63,171 nt of DNA, filler included, from Basidiobolus ranarum (GCA_040143965.1; 38 parts of 38 records of this genome joined end to end with filler, not necessarily neighbours in it), one strand, 5' to 3'; positions 1 to 11,784 are shown, counted from the whole stretch's first letter. The notes: a model not told the origin generated them from the sequence alone. Translations and numbers: made by a program.

Positions 1-20
1 AGGCGTCACCTAACGTACTT

Positions 21-386
21 CTACCTAATTTCAAAACTAACAATCACACTGAACACACCCTGACAGCTGAGGTGCTGCGTATCAGCCACTCCTATCACCG
101 CGGTGATCATATTGTAGCAACAACTTGCCGCTGCCTCGATAGGAATTACTTTGTTATCTTTCGTATGACAGTGCGAATAAAATAGAGTGGTGATCGAGTC
201 ATTGATCTCTTGATATAGTATAAAGGTGTTCGCGCCAGAGACCTCTTCCTCGGGAATAAAGGCGAGACCACTCTTTCCAATCAGTTCGTCCGGCCAGTAT
301 CCAAGAACTTCATAAACACTATCGGATAAGTATAAGATTTTTCGTTGTGGAGATAGGTCGTAGATTGCGATGAAATTTTTCTCCAT
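21..386 (-). CDS. PAS-domain protein, N-terminal exon (partial)
   Basis: MEKNFIAIYDLSPQRKILYLSDSVYEVLGYWPDELIGKSGLAFI is a typical PAS core (LY.SDSV..VLGY.P.ELIG). The reading probably continues after an intron near the contig edge. Confidence 0.75.
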   Translation of the reverse strand: MEKNFIAIYDLSPQRKILYLSDSVYEVLGYWPDELIGKSGLAFIPEEEVSGANTFILYQEINDSITTLFYSHCHTKDNKVIPIEAAASCCYNMITAVIGVADTQHLSCQGVFSVIVSFEIR

Positions 387-1573
387 GAGCAAGAAGTAAA
401 ACTCGAAAAGCAGATATGAGATTTAATTGCGTAGAAATACTTCTGAATATGAATCAATAGACGATAGATAGAAGAACCCGAGGAAAGATAATGAGCCGAG
501 AGGTGCATAGTATATAAACGAAATACTGATGGAGCGTTGGTACAAAGTGAATTTTCTAGTTGGTGGAACATTCGTTCAATACAATTAATCTCGATCAATT
601 GATGGTCAATTCTGAAATGGAAACAAACGTCACATTAGCTACAAACCAAAAAGAATACTATTTCTTAGGAACGAATAAAGAATCAAAAGCCTAAGCTGCC
701 AGAGAATGGAGCATCTATGGTTTGTCCGCTGCTCCATGACCAAATGAAGTAGAAGAATCATGACTAATGAGCTCACCATGATCGATTAAGCAGTTGATAT
801 ATGCAAAGCAACCGATGAACGCTTCCGTGTTCGAGAGTAACGATTTCGAGTGGAAGCTATTTATGAGAGGTTGACGCCCACATCCAACGGTTTACTTAAA
901 ATGTACATCTGAGCCAGCTGGGATCCGTTCATCAGAAGGCGAATGTAATCTCTTGAATGTTGCGCTTGATCTGATTTGTGCGAATGAAGTGGAAGATGCA
1001 TGAAATCTAGCAAAACACTAAACAATGTCCATTTCTCCCCAAAAAATCGCAAACAAGCCTGCATCTAAGTACGGTCGGTGTGCTAGGTTTGTAGCGGACT
1101 TGAGGCTTCAGATTGCAGAAGGATGGGCATGATGATTGCACAAACCAACTCGGGTCCTAGCAAAGAGAACTTTAATTTTAAGATTTACACAACTCCTTGG
1201 AGTGTGCTGGATGATGGTCGTCCATTGGCCAGCTTGGCACAGAAATCTGCAGCCACCGCCCAAGCTTGGGTAATTGCGTGCAGACAAACAAGAAACACTC
1301 TTTGTACAATAATTCTCGGCTCGGAAATCCCAATCTTGTGGGCATGGGTTGTTCATCCAGCTCGATGTGGAATGCCGTTTTGACCTTCACGAAAGCCTCC
1401 CATCATTCGGCTCTATCATTATGACAGATTGGTCATACCCCCATTGGGCTCCATCCCGATTGCCCTAAATCTGTTGAATGGTATGATGGTTAGTGATTAT
1501 GTCAGACATGCCAGATAAACCGGTCGACATGTGGCCTACCCGATACGTTCAGGATTCCTGAATTAGAGTTGAC

Positions 1574-1673
1574 NNNNNNNNNNNNNNNNNNNNNNNNNNN
1601 NNNNNNNNNNNNNNNNNTTAATTAATTAANNNNNNNNNNNNNNNNNNNNNNNNNNNNNNNNNNNNNNNNNNNN
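1574..1673. other. Artificial contig-joining linker N44-TTAATTAATTAA-N44 (first of 37 copies)
   Basis: The identical 100-nt spacer recurs about every 1.66 kb, and TTAATTAATTAA gives stops in all six frames. Contig lengths fall monotonically from 1573 to 1557 nt. Confidence 0.98.
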
Positions 1674-1823
1674 GTTAGGGTTATCAATGAGTTTCTGGTC
1701 AAGTTTAGCATTGAGTTCACGTTCCAAACGTAGGAGTTCCTTTTCGCGTTCAGTGAGCTGATCCTCATCGGCAGCACCGATTTCCATCTGTTGGAGTTCG
1801 TGAACATCCTTTTCGGTGGCCAT
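1674..1823 (-). CDS. N-terminus of a probable membrane transporter (possibly POT/PTR family), truncated by contig end
   Basis: MATEKDVHELQQMEIG...DQKLIDNPN is a hydrophilic N-tail with fungal codon usage and a TATA box 50 nt upstream. The family is inferred only from the neighbouring gene. Confidence 0.5.
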
Positions 1824-1872
1824 AGTGAAGCGGAAGAGATATTGTCTACTTTGAATCAGAGATGCGACGCGC

Positions 1873-1880
1873 TTTATATA
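1873..1880 (-). promoter_or_regulatory. TATA box (TATATAAA) of the gene starting at 1823
   Basis: Plus-strand tttatata at 1873-1880, 50 nt upstream of the ATG. Confidence 0.55.
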
Positions 1881-3094
1881 TCTTTTTACCTCGGATAATT
1901 ACCTTTTATTGCGATGGCCTACTGCTTGAATTGGTAGAAATAGAAAGCTTAATACTGATCAAGATCACGTTTACTTGCCTTATCACTTGTGCAATGTTAA
2001 AGCAAACTCTAATTCGGACCAAAAAGAGTGAAATCATATCTCCTTGATCATATGATGGTTCAAAAGTGTTGTCAAAAACCTAGTTCTCGCCAATCATCTC
2101 TTAGAAATCCCGCAAATATTCACAAGTACTCGAATATGGAATCCGTGATAGTTTCAAGTCAAGTGCCTTTGCGTTATACAAATAAAGCATTAGCAATTTA
2201 TTCAGAATTTACCTCTAAAGTAACGAAGATTGTGCCAGTTATCTCCTAGATATAATTGAACTAAGTGAGATAAGGAAAGCCTCCACTAATTTCGTGATCC
2301 AAACATTATTGTAGTACAAAGATAGATTTGATTAAATGATTATCCCAACCCTTAGCCCTAACCCTGATCTATCATTAAATACTTAGTAATATTGAATTAT
2401 CACAATAGAAGCGCTCTAGAGTAAGAGATCACGCATTGCTATCACATGAGAGTGGATACGATACACACCTTAAAATACAATTTTGCACGATGATCGGTTG
2501 TTCAGGTCGGTAACTGCCTCATTGGAAGTAAAGTTCGAATATATTCATGTGACCATTCCAAATCGTAACAGTGGGACAATTTCATCTCTGATTTCTGATT
2601 TTTCACCAACAATACTCCTCCGCTGTATGCAAATTCTGAAATCACGATCAACATCAATTACCCAGTTTCGTACTCCGACAGAAGTGAACTATATTGTATC
2701 CTAGTGCCAATACAACATGCGATCTAGTGCATTTGCCTGAAATTCTAAGTCATACTAAACCTTATCTTGTACACCACAACTCATCCCTATAGATCATTAC
2801 ACGCCAAATGAGGTCATAGAATTAGAGACCTCAGCCCACCTGCGCTCAACAGAACCGTAAAACTCTTTATTAACAAAAAAAAGAGTTGCCAATTCTTACC
2901 TTTACAGTGTACTTACTCATAGGGTTCAATGAGATAAATATATTCAAATTTCTATGAATTCACACAAGTATAATGGTATTTTATTTATATTTATGTGGTG
3001 ATTCCTTTTGATGTCGACAAAATGAAAATATATTATAATTGAGGTGTTAATATGCAATGTGAATAGCGAACGAATGCTTAAATTGTACAAGAGC

Positions 3095-3246
3095 TTAAAT
3101 TTGTCCTTTTTTCTCAACTGCAGCGGCCTGTAGCTCAGCATCTCTGTCCTCTTTATAGGTATACTTGGTGGCCAAGAAGCAGAACACAGCGTTGGCGACA
3201 AGGCCAATACCACAGTAGAGGAAGTATTTGGGAGGTCCTTGCACTG
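3095..3246 (-). CDS. C-terminus of a POT/PTR2 (SLC15-like) peptide transporter (partial, not in ORF track)
   Basis: Manual translation VQGPPKYFLYCGIGLVANAVFCFLATKYTYKEDRDAELQAAAVEKKGQI* gives a last TM helix followed by a Y.Y.E tail, as in PepT/PTR C-termini. Confidence 0.55.
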
Positions 3247-3346
3247 NNNNNNNNNNNNNNNNNNNNNNNNNNNNNNNNNNNNNNNNNNNNTTAATTAATT
3301 AANNNNNNNNNNNNNNNNNNNNNNNNNNNNNNNNNNNNNNNNNNNN

Positions 3347-3817
3347 TATCTGAATGTAAATGGAGGGTGAAACTGCTTGATGCTTGAAGTTATGATCAGG
3401 TAACGCTTGTTGAGGTAAAGATTGACCAAGAGTATTTGCTAACTGTAAGGGTAGATCTAAGGGTAAAGCGTTCGATGAACCTGTACCAGCTATCCCCGGT
3501 ACATTTTTACTCGCGTTATTGAACCCTGAATCTGAAGCTTGAGATAGTAGAGGATCTTCAGAGTTAGAATCATCTGCAGGTGGTGTTTGAGCAATATCCA
3601 TGCCTCTTTCAGCATCCTGTGGCATTTCATACACTCCTGGGGTAATATTACCATCACCACCTGACCCAGAATCGAAAACTTCTCCCTGGCAAGATTTTAC
3701 ACCGCTGGCTTCCACTTCAAAGCTAGGTCCTGACTGATATTTGAGGTCAGAATTGTTTTGCCCATTGATATTCGCACTGTTCAAGTTATAATTCTTTCTG
3801 GTAACAGTGGTAAACAC
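3347..3817 (-). CDS. Low-complexity Ser/Pro/Gln/Asp-rich hypothetical protein (partial; start uncertain)
   Basis: Open frame of about 157 codons running into the contig edge, with a diverged copy at about 4260-4430. Confidence 0.45.
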
Positions 3818-4259
3818 TTGCTTGAGCAGGGGGACTGACTCTACGCTTTCTGGCTGCTCAACAGAGGAGGTGTATTCTTCATTGTAATCTGTTGAAGTCG
3901 CCTTTCATCTCTATGACAATTAGAGTATCTTTGCAGCAACTAATACCTTAACAAATAAAACCGAGGTGAATATTAAGCCAGGTATTCAATGCATAATTGT
4001 GATGTTGTTACGTATATAAGTTTATTCGAATTTATATTAGTATGAATACCATATTTACTCAAACATATTTAATGCTTTAAGCTGCGTCATTCTATATAAT
4101 TCAGATGGCAAGTAAATGAAATAGATTTATTGAAGTATTGACTGAATGCTCGCTTGCTTTATCTGACTCATGCACTTGAAGTAAGTAACTGTAACTTAAA
4201 TATGTATAAAAGATGGTTAAGAGCAAACTAACATTAGGACTATCAACTTAATTGTTGGT

Positions 4260-4430
4260 AAAATTACTGAATCTGATGCTTGAGGCGGTAAAGTATCTTC
4301 AGAGTAAGAGCCATCCGCTGGTGATGTCGGAGCAATTCCCATTTGGCCCTCAGAATCCTGTAGCATTTCATGGTGTAATATTACTGTCACCATATGTCCC
4401 AGAATTGACAATTTCTCCCTGGTCATCAAT
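4260..4430 (-). pseudogene. Degenerate tandem paralogue of the 3347-3817 ORF segment
   Basis: QGEIVNSGTYGDSNITP / EMLQDSEGQMGIAPTSPADGSYSEDTLPPQASDS aligns with QGEVFDSGSGGDGNITP..EMPQDAERGMDIAQTPPADDSNSEDPLLSQASDS across a frameshift. Confidence 0.6.
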
Positions 4431-5018
4431 TTAGCAAAGGTAAGACTAAAGTTGTAATGCAGAAGTATCATGAGGTTTTTACTAATTCATACTTTTCATT
4501 ACAGAATTGGCCAGCCACCAGAATTATGCAGCATCCCACTATTCGAGCGCTTGCAACACGTTGAATGCCACTGGAGGTTTGCCAAACCAGAACTATGATC
4601 CAGTTGTCCCATTACAAGTAACCAAATACATATTCTTGAGAAACTTCTTGGCTCAAGTGATATCATTACTTAATATAAGCCCCCAGATACAGTACTTTTT
4701 ATCAAGTACCAGTTGTCCTGAATAATATAAACCTTCGATAATATAAACCTTCGATGATATACGGAACTAGGGAACTATTGCAATTGGAATAGACTCGAGA
4801 AACTCAGTAACCGCCTTCTCTATCTTATTAACCGCCTTCTCTATCACAAATCAAAATACTTTCAGCTAAAAGCTACAACCATGTGTTCAACCATTGCTTA
4901 TTAGTAATGAATTAGTGGNNNNNNNNNNNNNNNNNNNNNNNNNNNNNNNNNNNNNNNNNNNNTTAATTAATTAANNNNNNNNNNNNNNNNNNNNNNNNNN
5001 NNNNNNNNNNNNNNNNNN

Positions 5019-5200
5019 AGCCAATGCATACCACAGTGCATCAACCTCAAGCCACAACTCATGCTGGCCAAGATAGAGGAACTTCAGCAGGATTAAACTA
5101 ACCAACTCAACACAGAGGTTCAAGCAAAGTTTCTTCCGTGGAAATATTGAGGAGACAACAAAAGTAGCAGAAGCAAATCAGCATATACTGCTTCAAACCT
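5019..5200 (+). repeat. Fragment of the unclassified interspersed repeat also at 20051-20200 (reverse)
   Basis: ccaatgcataccacag...ggagacaacaaaa matches the reverse complement of 20051-20195. Confidence 0.7.
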
Positions 5201-5229
5201 GGGCAACTGCTGAATATTCTTGTTGATAC

Positions 5230-6063
5230 TTATATTATCCTATCTTTACTGTTTAGTGCAGCATGCAAAATTGATATGGATTGCAGTTAAATATAGCATA
5301 AATTGCTTTAGTTAGATCATGATCACTTATGTGTTTATGAAACACTGATTGCATGAAATTGTGATATATCAAAAAAATCAATGATAGCCTATTAATAAAA
5401 GCAATCTCTCTACAATCAAATGAAAAATGTCTGTCAATAAAAAGCTTGCGCAGCTGTATTGGCTCAATATGGCTCAATCTATTCACATTTTCACCCAATT
5501 AGATGCTTACATGATTAAATGAATTATTTGCTGATCTAAAAATGATGAATTGAGCAATCCTGAGCACTACTATCATACTGCAGATTGATCCATCTTCAAG
5601 TGCTGTGATTTGTAACCAGAGTGCCAAAACTAATGCTGTTTTGTAAAGCAGGAGCTGTTGTGCCCAATTGAAAATCAGGATACTGTGTAAGTGAGGGACA
5701 CATGACTGGCCTAAAACATGTGAATGTCTTGGTTATACATTTGATTGGATAAGTTACAGTATACATTGTTTATTGTTACACATTCTGTAATTTGTAAGTT
5801 ACAAACTAGGGGATGAACTTACTTTGTCAGTTACCCAAAATTGTAACTTGGCAATACTAAATTGGGTAACTTGGTATGGGCTGGCACAATATCTCCAACA
5901 AAGTCATTGTGTCCAATTGTGGTGGGAAAGCACCATATTGTTCCTTATAGTGTGCAATCAAGTGTTATAGGACCTAGCCATGGTAATTGACAGATTGCAC
6001 TAGATGGTATACTAGTAGGGTGGATCAAGTGGCACAATCTGACCTGGTCCAATGGAACAAGTC
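5230..6063 (-). mobile_element. ISL2EU/IS5-like DNA transposon, one terminus plus degenerate 5' coding region
   Basis: Ends in ATGGAACAAGTC|TA, the inverted copy of the TA|GACTTGTTCCAT end next to the DDE transposase at 49349. Homologous blocks lie at 45021-45842, 48343-48888 and 41697-41844. Confidence 0.65.
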
Positions 6064-6249
6064 TACCTAGCTTATATTAACCTGATAAAGCAAGAGGTTG
6101 GAACTTTTTATCTGAGCTCTTGACTGACAGTCCTCTTCTCCCAATTCATCATAGAGCTTTTGGCAACAATTTGGTGCTCACAGTAGTAATCTAGTAAAGT
6201 CTTGAGCCTCAACTGTAACTTGGGGTGCATAGGCAAAAAACACTATCAC

Positions 6250-6590
6250 TGTTGAAATCAGCATGGCCTAAACATCTATATAGTCATGTATAGCTTGCTA
6301 TTTATATATTCCAAACTTCATTCAGATATTTCCTGAGTACTTAAACTGGTTAGGAACCCTGAGATTACCTCTCCTTGACATTTACTTATCAAACTTCCGG
6401 AACTTTCACCTCTTTCAAAAAATGGGTGGATTCAATTAGCCAATTTGAAAATGAAAATGCTGCTGCAACAAAAAAGGACTACAGGATACTATTGTTGGAG
6501 AAGATAACAATGCAAAGCTATTTGAAAGCAAAGTATTACTCCAGGCTAACAAAGTACCAAGTGCCATTCATGCAATTTGTCACAATGTTG
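6250..6590 (+). mobile_element. Ty1/copia LTR fragment and degenerate gag start
   Basis: tgttgaaatcagc LTR start, then gag-like tggattcaat...gaaaatgaaaatgctgctgcaa similar to the other copia gags. Confidence 0.55.
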
Positions 6591-6690
6591 NNNNNNNNNN
6601 NNNNNNNNNNNNNNNNNNNNNNNNNNNNNNNNNNTTAATTAATTAANNNNNNNNNNNNNNNNNNNNNNNNNNNNNNNNNNNNNNNNNNNN

Positions 6691-8261
6691 TAAGTGATAT
6701 TTGACTAAATAATGTTGACTAACTAATATGTGATATATGAAATAGTTAGGTGTATAAAGATAGGGATAACATATATGATAAAGACAATAAACTTCAACAT
6801 AGTCCACTTACATCTTGACAAAAATACAAATGTCAACTTTCTGCTCAATAGATTAATAAGTGAAAACCACCAATTTCTCTAATTCCCCAAACCACTTCCT
6901 ACAGGCTCCCAAATACTTTAACAGGTTATGAGGCCCAAGCTTACCCTCTCTGTAATGTCTACTTCTTAAATTTATGGAACTTTTCTGTCTTCTTAAAAAT
7001 TTGACGGAATCAGTTATCAAGTTTGGAAAATTTAAATGAATATGCTGCTGCAAGAAAAAGGATTTTTGGACACTATTGTAGAAGAAGACAATACAAAGTT
7101 ACCTGAAGCCAAGGTTTTACTCCAGGTCCAAAAAGAACAAAGTGCTTTCAACAAAATTTGCCTTAATGTTAAAGAAAAATTGCAAATTCACTGTTCAAGA
7201 GCTAAAACTGCCAAGAAGGTATGGAAAGCCTTGGAAGACACCTACAAACATGTTCTGCTGCCAACATGATGTTTCTAAGAAGACAATTCTTTAACTTAAA
7301 GATGAAGCTAGGAGCAGTCAGCAAGTCACTAAATAATAGAGTAACTATTTAGTGGATGATATGGAATGAACTGCAATACCTACTACTGATCAAGATATCA
7401 TAGTTACAGTCCTGAATAGCTTGCCACATGAGTTTCAGAGCCTAGTATTGGCTCTAGAATCAAGAACTGAAAATTCAACCTTAAATTAAATATTTGGCAT
7501 ACTTCTGGATGAACATTTATGCAAATTGGGATTCAGCCAAAAGAGTGAAGAAAATGCTTTAATAGGCTCTGGGAGACCTTCCTATCAAGGTCAAAAGCAC
7601 TTTAAGAAGAAGAGTAACATATTCTGTGAATGCTGTAAACAAACTGGCCATTTAAGCAAAGATTGCTTTAAAAGAATTGCAAAAGATGAAAAATGTACTG
7701 AATCTGGAAATGTGATTACAACAGAAGAGCACTTGTTCATATCTGCTCTGTCTATTACTACCAACTAGGATTCACATTCTGTGATTACTGTAGAAGAACT
7801 GGCCATTTAAGCAAAGATTGCTTTAAAAGAATTGCAAAACAAGAAAAACATACTGAATCTGGAAATTTGGTCATAACAGAAGAGCATTTGTTCATATCTG
7901 CTCTATCTATTACTGCCAACAAGGATTCTCAGACATTGTATATTGACTCTGGAGCCTCCCAACATCTCACAAATGAAAAATATTGGTTTGTAGATTATGA
8001 AGAAATCCCAATAGAAAGGTTTTTGTGGGAGATAACCACTTATTGGATGCTATTGGAATGGGAATAATTCAAGTCAATTTGAATGGAGATTCTAAATAGA
8101 AAGTGTATACTTTGAAGGATGTACTACATGTTCCAGATATTGCCAACAATTTAATATCTGTATGCAAGGCCACCTTGGAAGGGCTAAAATTCAATTTTGA
8201 TAAGTCAGGGTGCACCATCACTGACCAAAATGGGAGTTTTTTAGCTTTGGGAGAAAAGGAT
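6691..8261 (+). mobile_element. Ty1/copia family A remnant: LTR end, PBS, gag (UBN2, CCHC) and protease
   Basis: LTR ends ...tttaaca at 6923 followed by PBS ggttatgaggccc. Motifs: CECCKQTGHLSKDC, LYIDSGASQHL and LKDVLHVPDIANNLISV. Multiple stops and frameshifts. Confidence 0.9.
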
Positions 8262-8361
8262 NNNNNNNNNNNNNNNNNNNNNNNNNNNNNNNNNNNNNNN
8301 NNNNNTTAATTAATTAANNNNNNNNNNNNNNNNNNNNNNNNNNNNNNNNNNNNNNNNNNNN

Positions 8362-9932
8362 GATGGGAGTCCTGGTAAAATACAATGGTAACTTGATGTT
8401 TTCAAGCATTTTCTCAATTGATTCAAACTTTGATCTTATTTTGAATGGCTCATTCATATTGAGTTTTTGACTATATAGCTGAGTAAGTAGCATTGGAATG
8501 TTGTTGAATAGTAAGTGCATGGTGCCTAATGGGAAGCTCTGGCTCCAGCTGAGTGAACTCCATTGATTTGACAAAATCTACAGCAAAATAGTGGATTGTG
8601 CCCATGAAAACTTCCAAGTTTACTGACAGCAGGGGTGTCACCAATACAAACATTGATATTAGCTTCAATAAAGTATTTACCCACCTGAACCCCATCAGAT
8701 AACCATTTGAATTCTACAATCAAAGGCTGCAAGAAGCTATCTATAAGCACTGGTAATTTAGGTCCACATGTGATGGATAGTATCAAAATATTATGACTCC
8801 AATACCATTCAGAAGGAGCAAGACTTAAGTTGATCAAATTTTTAGCCAGCAAGCCTTCCCAATGGTATATTTGTTTAGTGAGAAACCATCCAGAGCAAAT
8901 GCAAATGCATGATTATACATGTTCTCAAAGGAACCTTAACTTTTCAGATTCTGGTGGTGATATCCATCAATTATGTCAGTAATACCAGTAGCTTTATGGT
9001 GAGGACTTCAGTATTGGATCAACGATCTATATTTGTGTGAATTCATCAAAACTTTAAAATGGGAAATCAATGGTATGTAAGCCAAATATGAACAATATTT
9101 ACATGATTCAGTGATTGCCAATTGTGTGCAAACAGTACTTGACTTCAGGTTTTTCAGATCACCAGTGAAAGCTAAACAATAATTGGATATGAAGGTAGTT
9201 CAATTACTGAAGGATTATAAGTCATACAATTGACTAGTGTTTTCCACTTGTACCAGGTTGGTGGCAAGCAACAGTTGCCAATCAAATATGGTAAAAGTGT
9301 AAGAAAATGAATAAACACCTGGTTGCTAAGATTGGATTGAACTCCCCACTCATCAATAATCAAAGCTACTTCCTTTACAGTGAGGGTTATGAGTGGACTA
9401 ATGTTTGCCAATAATAAAGAGTCCATAAAAAACCATTGTCTTCTTCTTCAACTTCTGATATACTACCATCTGTACTGGAATAACCATGGTCAACATCTAG
9501 CAGGAAGTTCTTGAAGTTGTCTAGAAGTACTGGTTTGATCAAAGTTGTATTTTGACCTACACCATTCTGTTCATAGAACTGTAATAACTCCATGGTATCA
9601 TGACTTCTAGCAGTGTTACCAAAACTTTGAGGCAAACTATTGTCAATGGACTCAATGGGCAAAACTAAAGTTGATTCAGTGCACTTATCACTGCTGTTGT
9701 ACACCAGGCTTTGTGCAGCTGGTGGCATTGCACAGTGACCATGCTTGTGATTATTTTTTCTATGAAGCCTGCAGCTTTCATAGCAAAAGAACATGTGACA
9801 ATAATAGCAGGGCTTCTTTAAATGTTTGAGTTGTGGCATGAGAAGGATATTGTAGAAAAACAAACACCTCCTATGTGAAGATGGTGTTTTAGTTATAGAC
9901 CATCTATATCATCAGCTGATTCTGAGACAGTG
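8362..9932 (-). mobile_element. CACTA/EnSpm transposase (Transposase_21-like) 5' part, pseudogenised
   Basis: LINLSLAPSEWYWSHNILILSITCGPKLPVLIDSFLQPLIVEF..GDTPAVSKLG...CCRFC, plus an N-terminal CYYCH..H..H zinc motif. Confidence 0.85.
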
Positions 9933-10033
9933 NNNNNNNNNNNNNNNNNNNNNNNNNNNNNNNNNNNNNNNNNNNNTTAATTAATTAANNNNNNNNNNNN
10001 NNNNNNNNNNNNNNNNNNNNNNNNNNNNNNNNT

Positions 10034-10414
10034 TTTGGACCCTCTGTAACATATTCTCTTATTCTCAATGATGACGAGTTAACCAACCTTAACATTGCTA
10101 TATCTAACGTTCTCAAATGTTTCGAAACTGTTTTGGCAATTGTATATATGGCCATAAATTTTGTTTATGCTGGTTATATTGCTAACAATTCATACAGGTG
10201 CACCAATTATCCATCTGAAAATTTTGCTAGATTAAATGGTGTATTAATTTTAGTCTACGCGTTTTACTTTGTATATTTTACTTATATCATCAAAAATGGA
10301 TTTAACAATGCAAACAACTTTTCATGTTTGACCAAACTCAGACAACTTAAAAACAACCTGCTTAATAAATTTTTATCCCCAGAAGAACAAGCATTGCGTG
10401 AATCACTGATTTAA
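10034..10414 (+). CDS. Hydrophobic membrane protein of unknown family, 5'-truncated, very AT-rich
   Basis: The frame is open from the contig start (FGPSVTYSLILNDDELTNLNIAISNVLKCFETVLAIVYMAINF...) to TAA at 10414. Two clear hydrophobic segments. Confidence 0.6.
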   Translation, partial: FGPSVTYSLILNDDELTNLNIAISNVLKCFETVLAIVYMAINFVYAGYIANNSYRCTNYPSENFARLNGVLILVYAFYFVYFTYIIKNGFNNANNFSCLTKLRQLKNNLLNKFLSPEEQALRESLI

Positions 10415-10499
10415 ATTTATTAAGTATTTATTCAACAAACACAACACATCTTTTTATTATTACTAACATATTTATTGCATAACTTGAATTTAAATTTTT

Positions 10500-11325
10500 G
10501 ATGATAAAATATTTTTTTTAAAGTTTTTCCAGTTGACAAATTTTTGGTTTGGAAACTTTTGGAAATAACTCTAAGGTATTAAAAACTTTTTCGTGTAATA
10601 ATATTTTTAAAAAACTTTCTCCAGATGACAAACTTTTGGTTTAGAAAAAAATTATCTCAAGCTGCAACTTTTTGGCTCGGAAATAACTTTTCCAAATTGC
10701 AACTTTAAGGTTGGACAAAACTTTTTCCAGATGACAAACTTTTTGGTTTGACAAAGTTTTGGATTTAAAAAAGTTTAGTTCAGAAAGTTTTAAGTTTGAC
10801 AGAGTTTTGGATTTTAAAAAATTTAGTTCAGAAAAGTTTTAATCTGAGATAAAGTTTTGGTTTACAAAAAAATATTTCAAGACGAAAAAAGTTTTTAGTT
10901 CAGAAAGTTTTAAGTTCGACAAAGTTTTGGATTTAAAAAAGTTTAGTTTAGAAAGTTTTAGTCCGAGATAAAGTTTTTGGTCTACAAAAAAATATTTTAA
11001 AAAATTTTAATCCGGGATAAAGTTTTGGAGTCGAAAAAGTTGGTTTGTCAAAAGTTTTTAAGTTCGACAAAGTTTTGGATTTAAAAAAGTTTGGTTCAGA
11101 AAGTTTTAATCCGAGATAAAGTTTTTGGTCTACAAAAAAATATTTTAAAAAGTTTTAATCCGAGATAAAGTTTTGGATTTAAAAAGTTTAGTTCAGAAAG
11201 TTTTAATCCGAGATACAAGTTTTGGATTTAAAAAAGTTTAGTTCAGAAAAGTTTTAATCCGAGATACAAGTTTTGGATTTAAAAAAGTTTAGTTCAGAAA
11301 AGTTTTAATCTCGACAAAGTTTGGG
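10500..11325. repeat. AT-rich hierarchical tandem repeat (about 50-nt unit built from about 16-nt AAAGTTTT subunits)
   Basis: Unit gataaagttttggatttaaaaaagtttagttcagaaagttttaatccga is near-perfect at 11161-11315 and increasingly degenerate leftward, where the cores read aaactttt. Confidence 0.9.
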
Positions 11326-11359
11326 GTAAAGAAAAGGTTAACACTTGATAATTTGAGTG

Positions 11360-11603
11360 TTGTTGCAACTATAATTGGGTGATACAAAAGGTTTCTAACC
11401 CTCCGATGATAGTTTGTATTTTGGTTCCAAAAGTTGAAGTTGTGTCAAATATTAGTTAGATGTTGCAACTAGAATCAGATAATACAAAATTACGAACCCT
11501 CCGATGATAGTTTTTATTTAGTTAATATGTGCCCAACCATGGTTGTTGTCGGAACAATAATCTGATAATACAAAATTACGAACCCTCCGATGATAGTTTT
11601 TAT
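11360..11603. repeat. Three interspaced copies of an approximately 58-nt repeat with core AACCCTCCGATGATAGTTT
   Basis: Cores at about 11397, 11496 and 11581, separated by non-identical stretches. The array runs off the contig end. Confidence 0.8.
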
Positions 11604-11703
11604 NNNNNNNNNNNNNNNNNNNNNNNNNNNNNNNNNNNNNNNNNNNNTTAATTAATTAANNNNNNNNNNNNNNNNNNNNNNNNNNNNNNNNNNNNNNNNN
11701 NNN

Positions 11704-11784
11704 GGTAAATTAGTTGAAGAAGCTTGCGCCCCAGGTACTGTGTGCAGAACCTTTGGCGACTCCATCATCTGTGATTGGGCTTAG
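11704..11784 (+). CDS. C-terminal CBM19-type chitin-binding module (end of a chitinase or similar gene)
   Basis: GKLVEEACAPGTVCRTFGDSIICDWA* has the CAPGTVC...CDW signature of fungal CBM19. Confidence 0.7.
   Translation, partial: GKLVEEACAPGTVCRTFGDSIICDWA

Noticed and set aside
810-1573. Coding-like stretch upstream of the PAS gene
   Set aside because: Short interrupted ORFs with no motif I can recognise; possibly a pseudogene but unsupported.
2345-2366. ccaacccttagccctaaccct as a telomere
   Set aside because: Only two or three imperfect units in the middle of an intergenic region.
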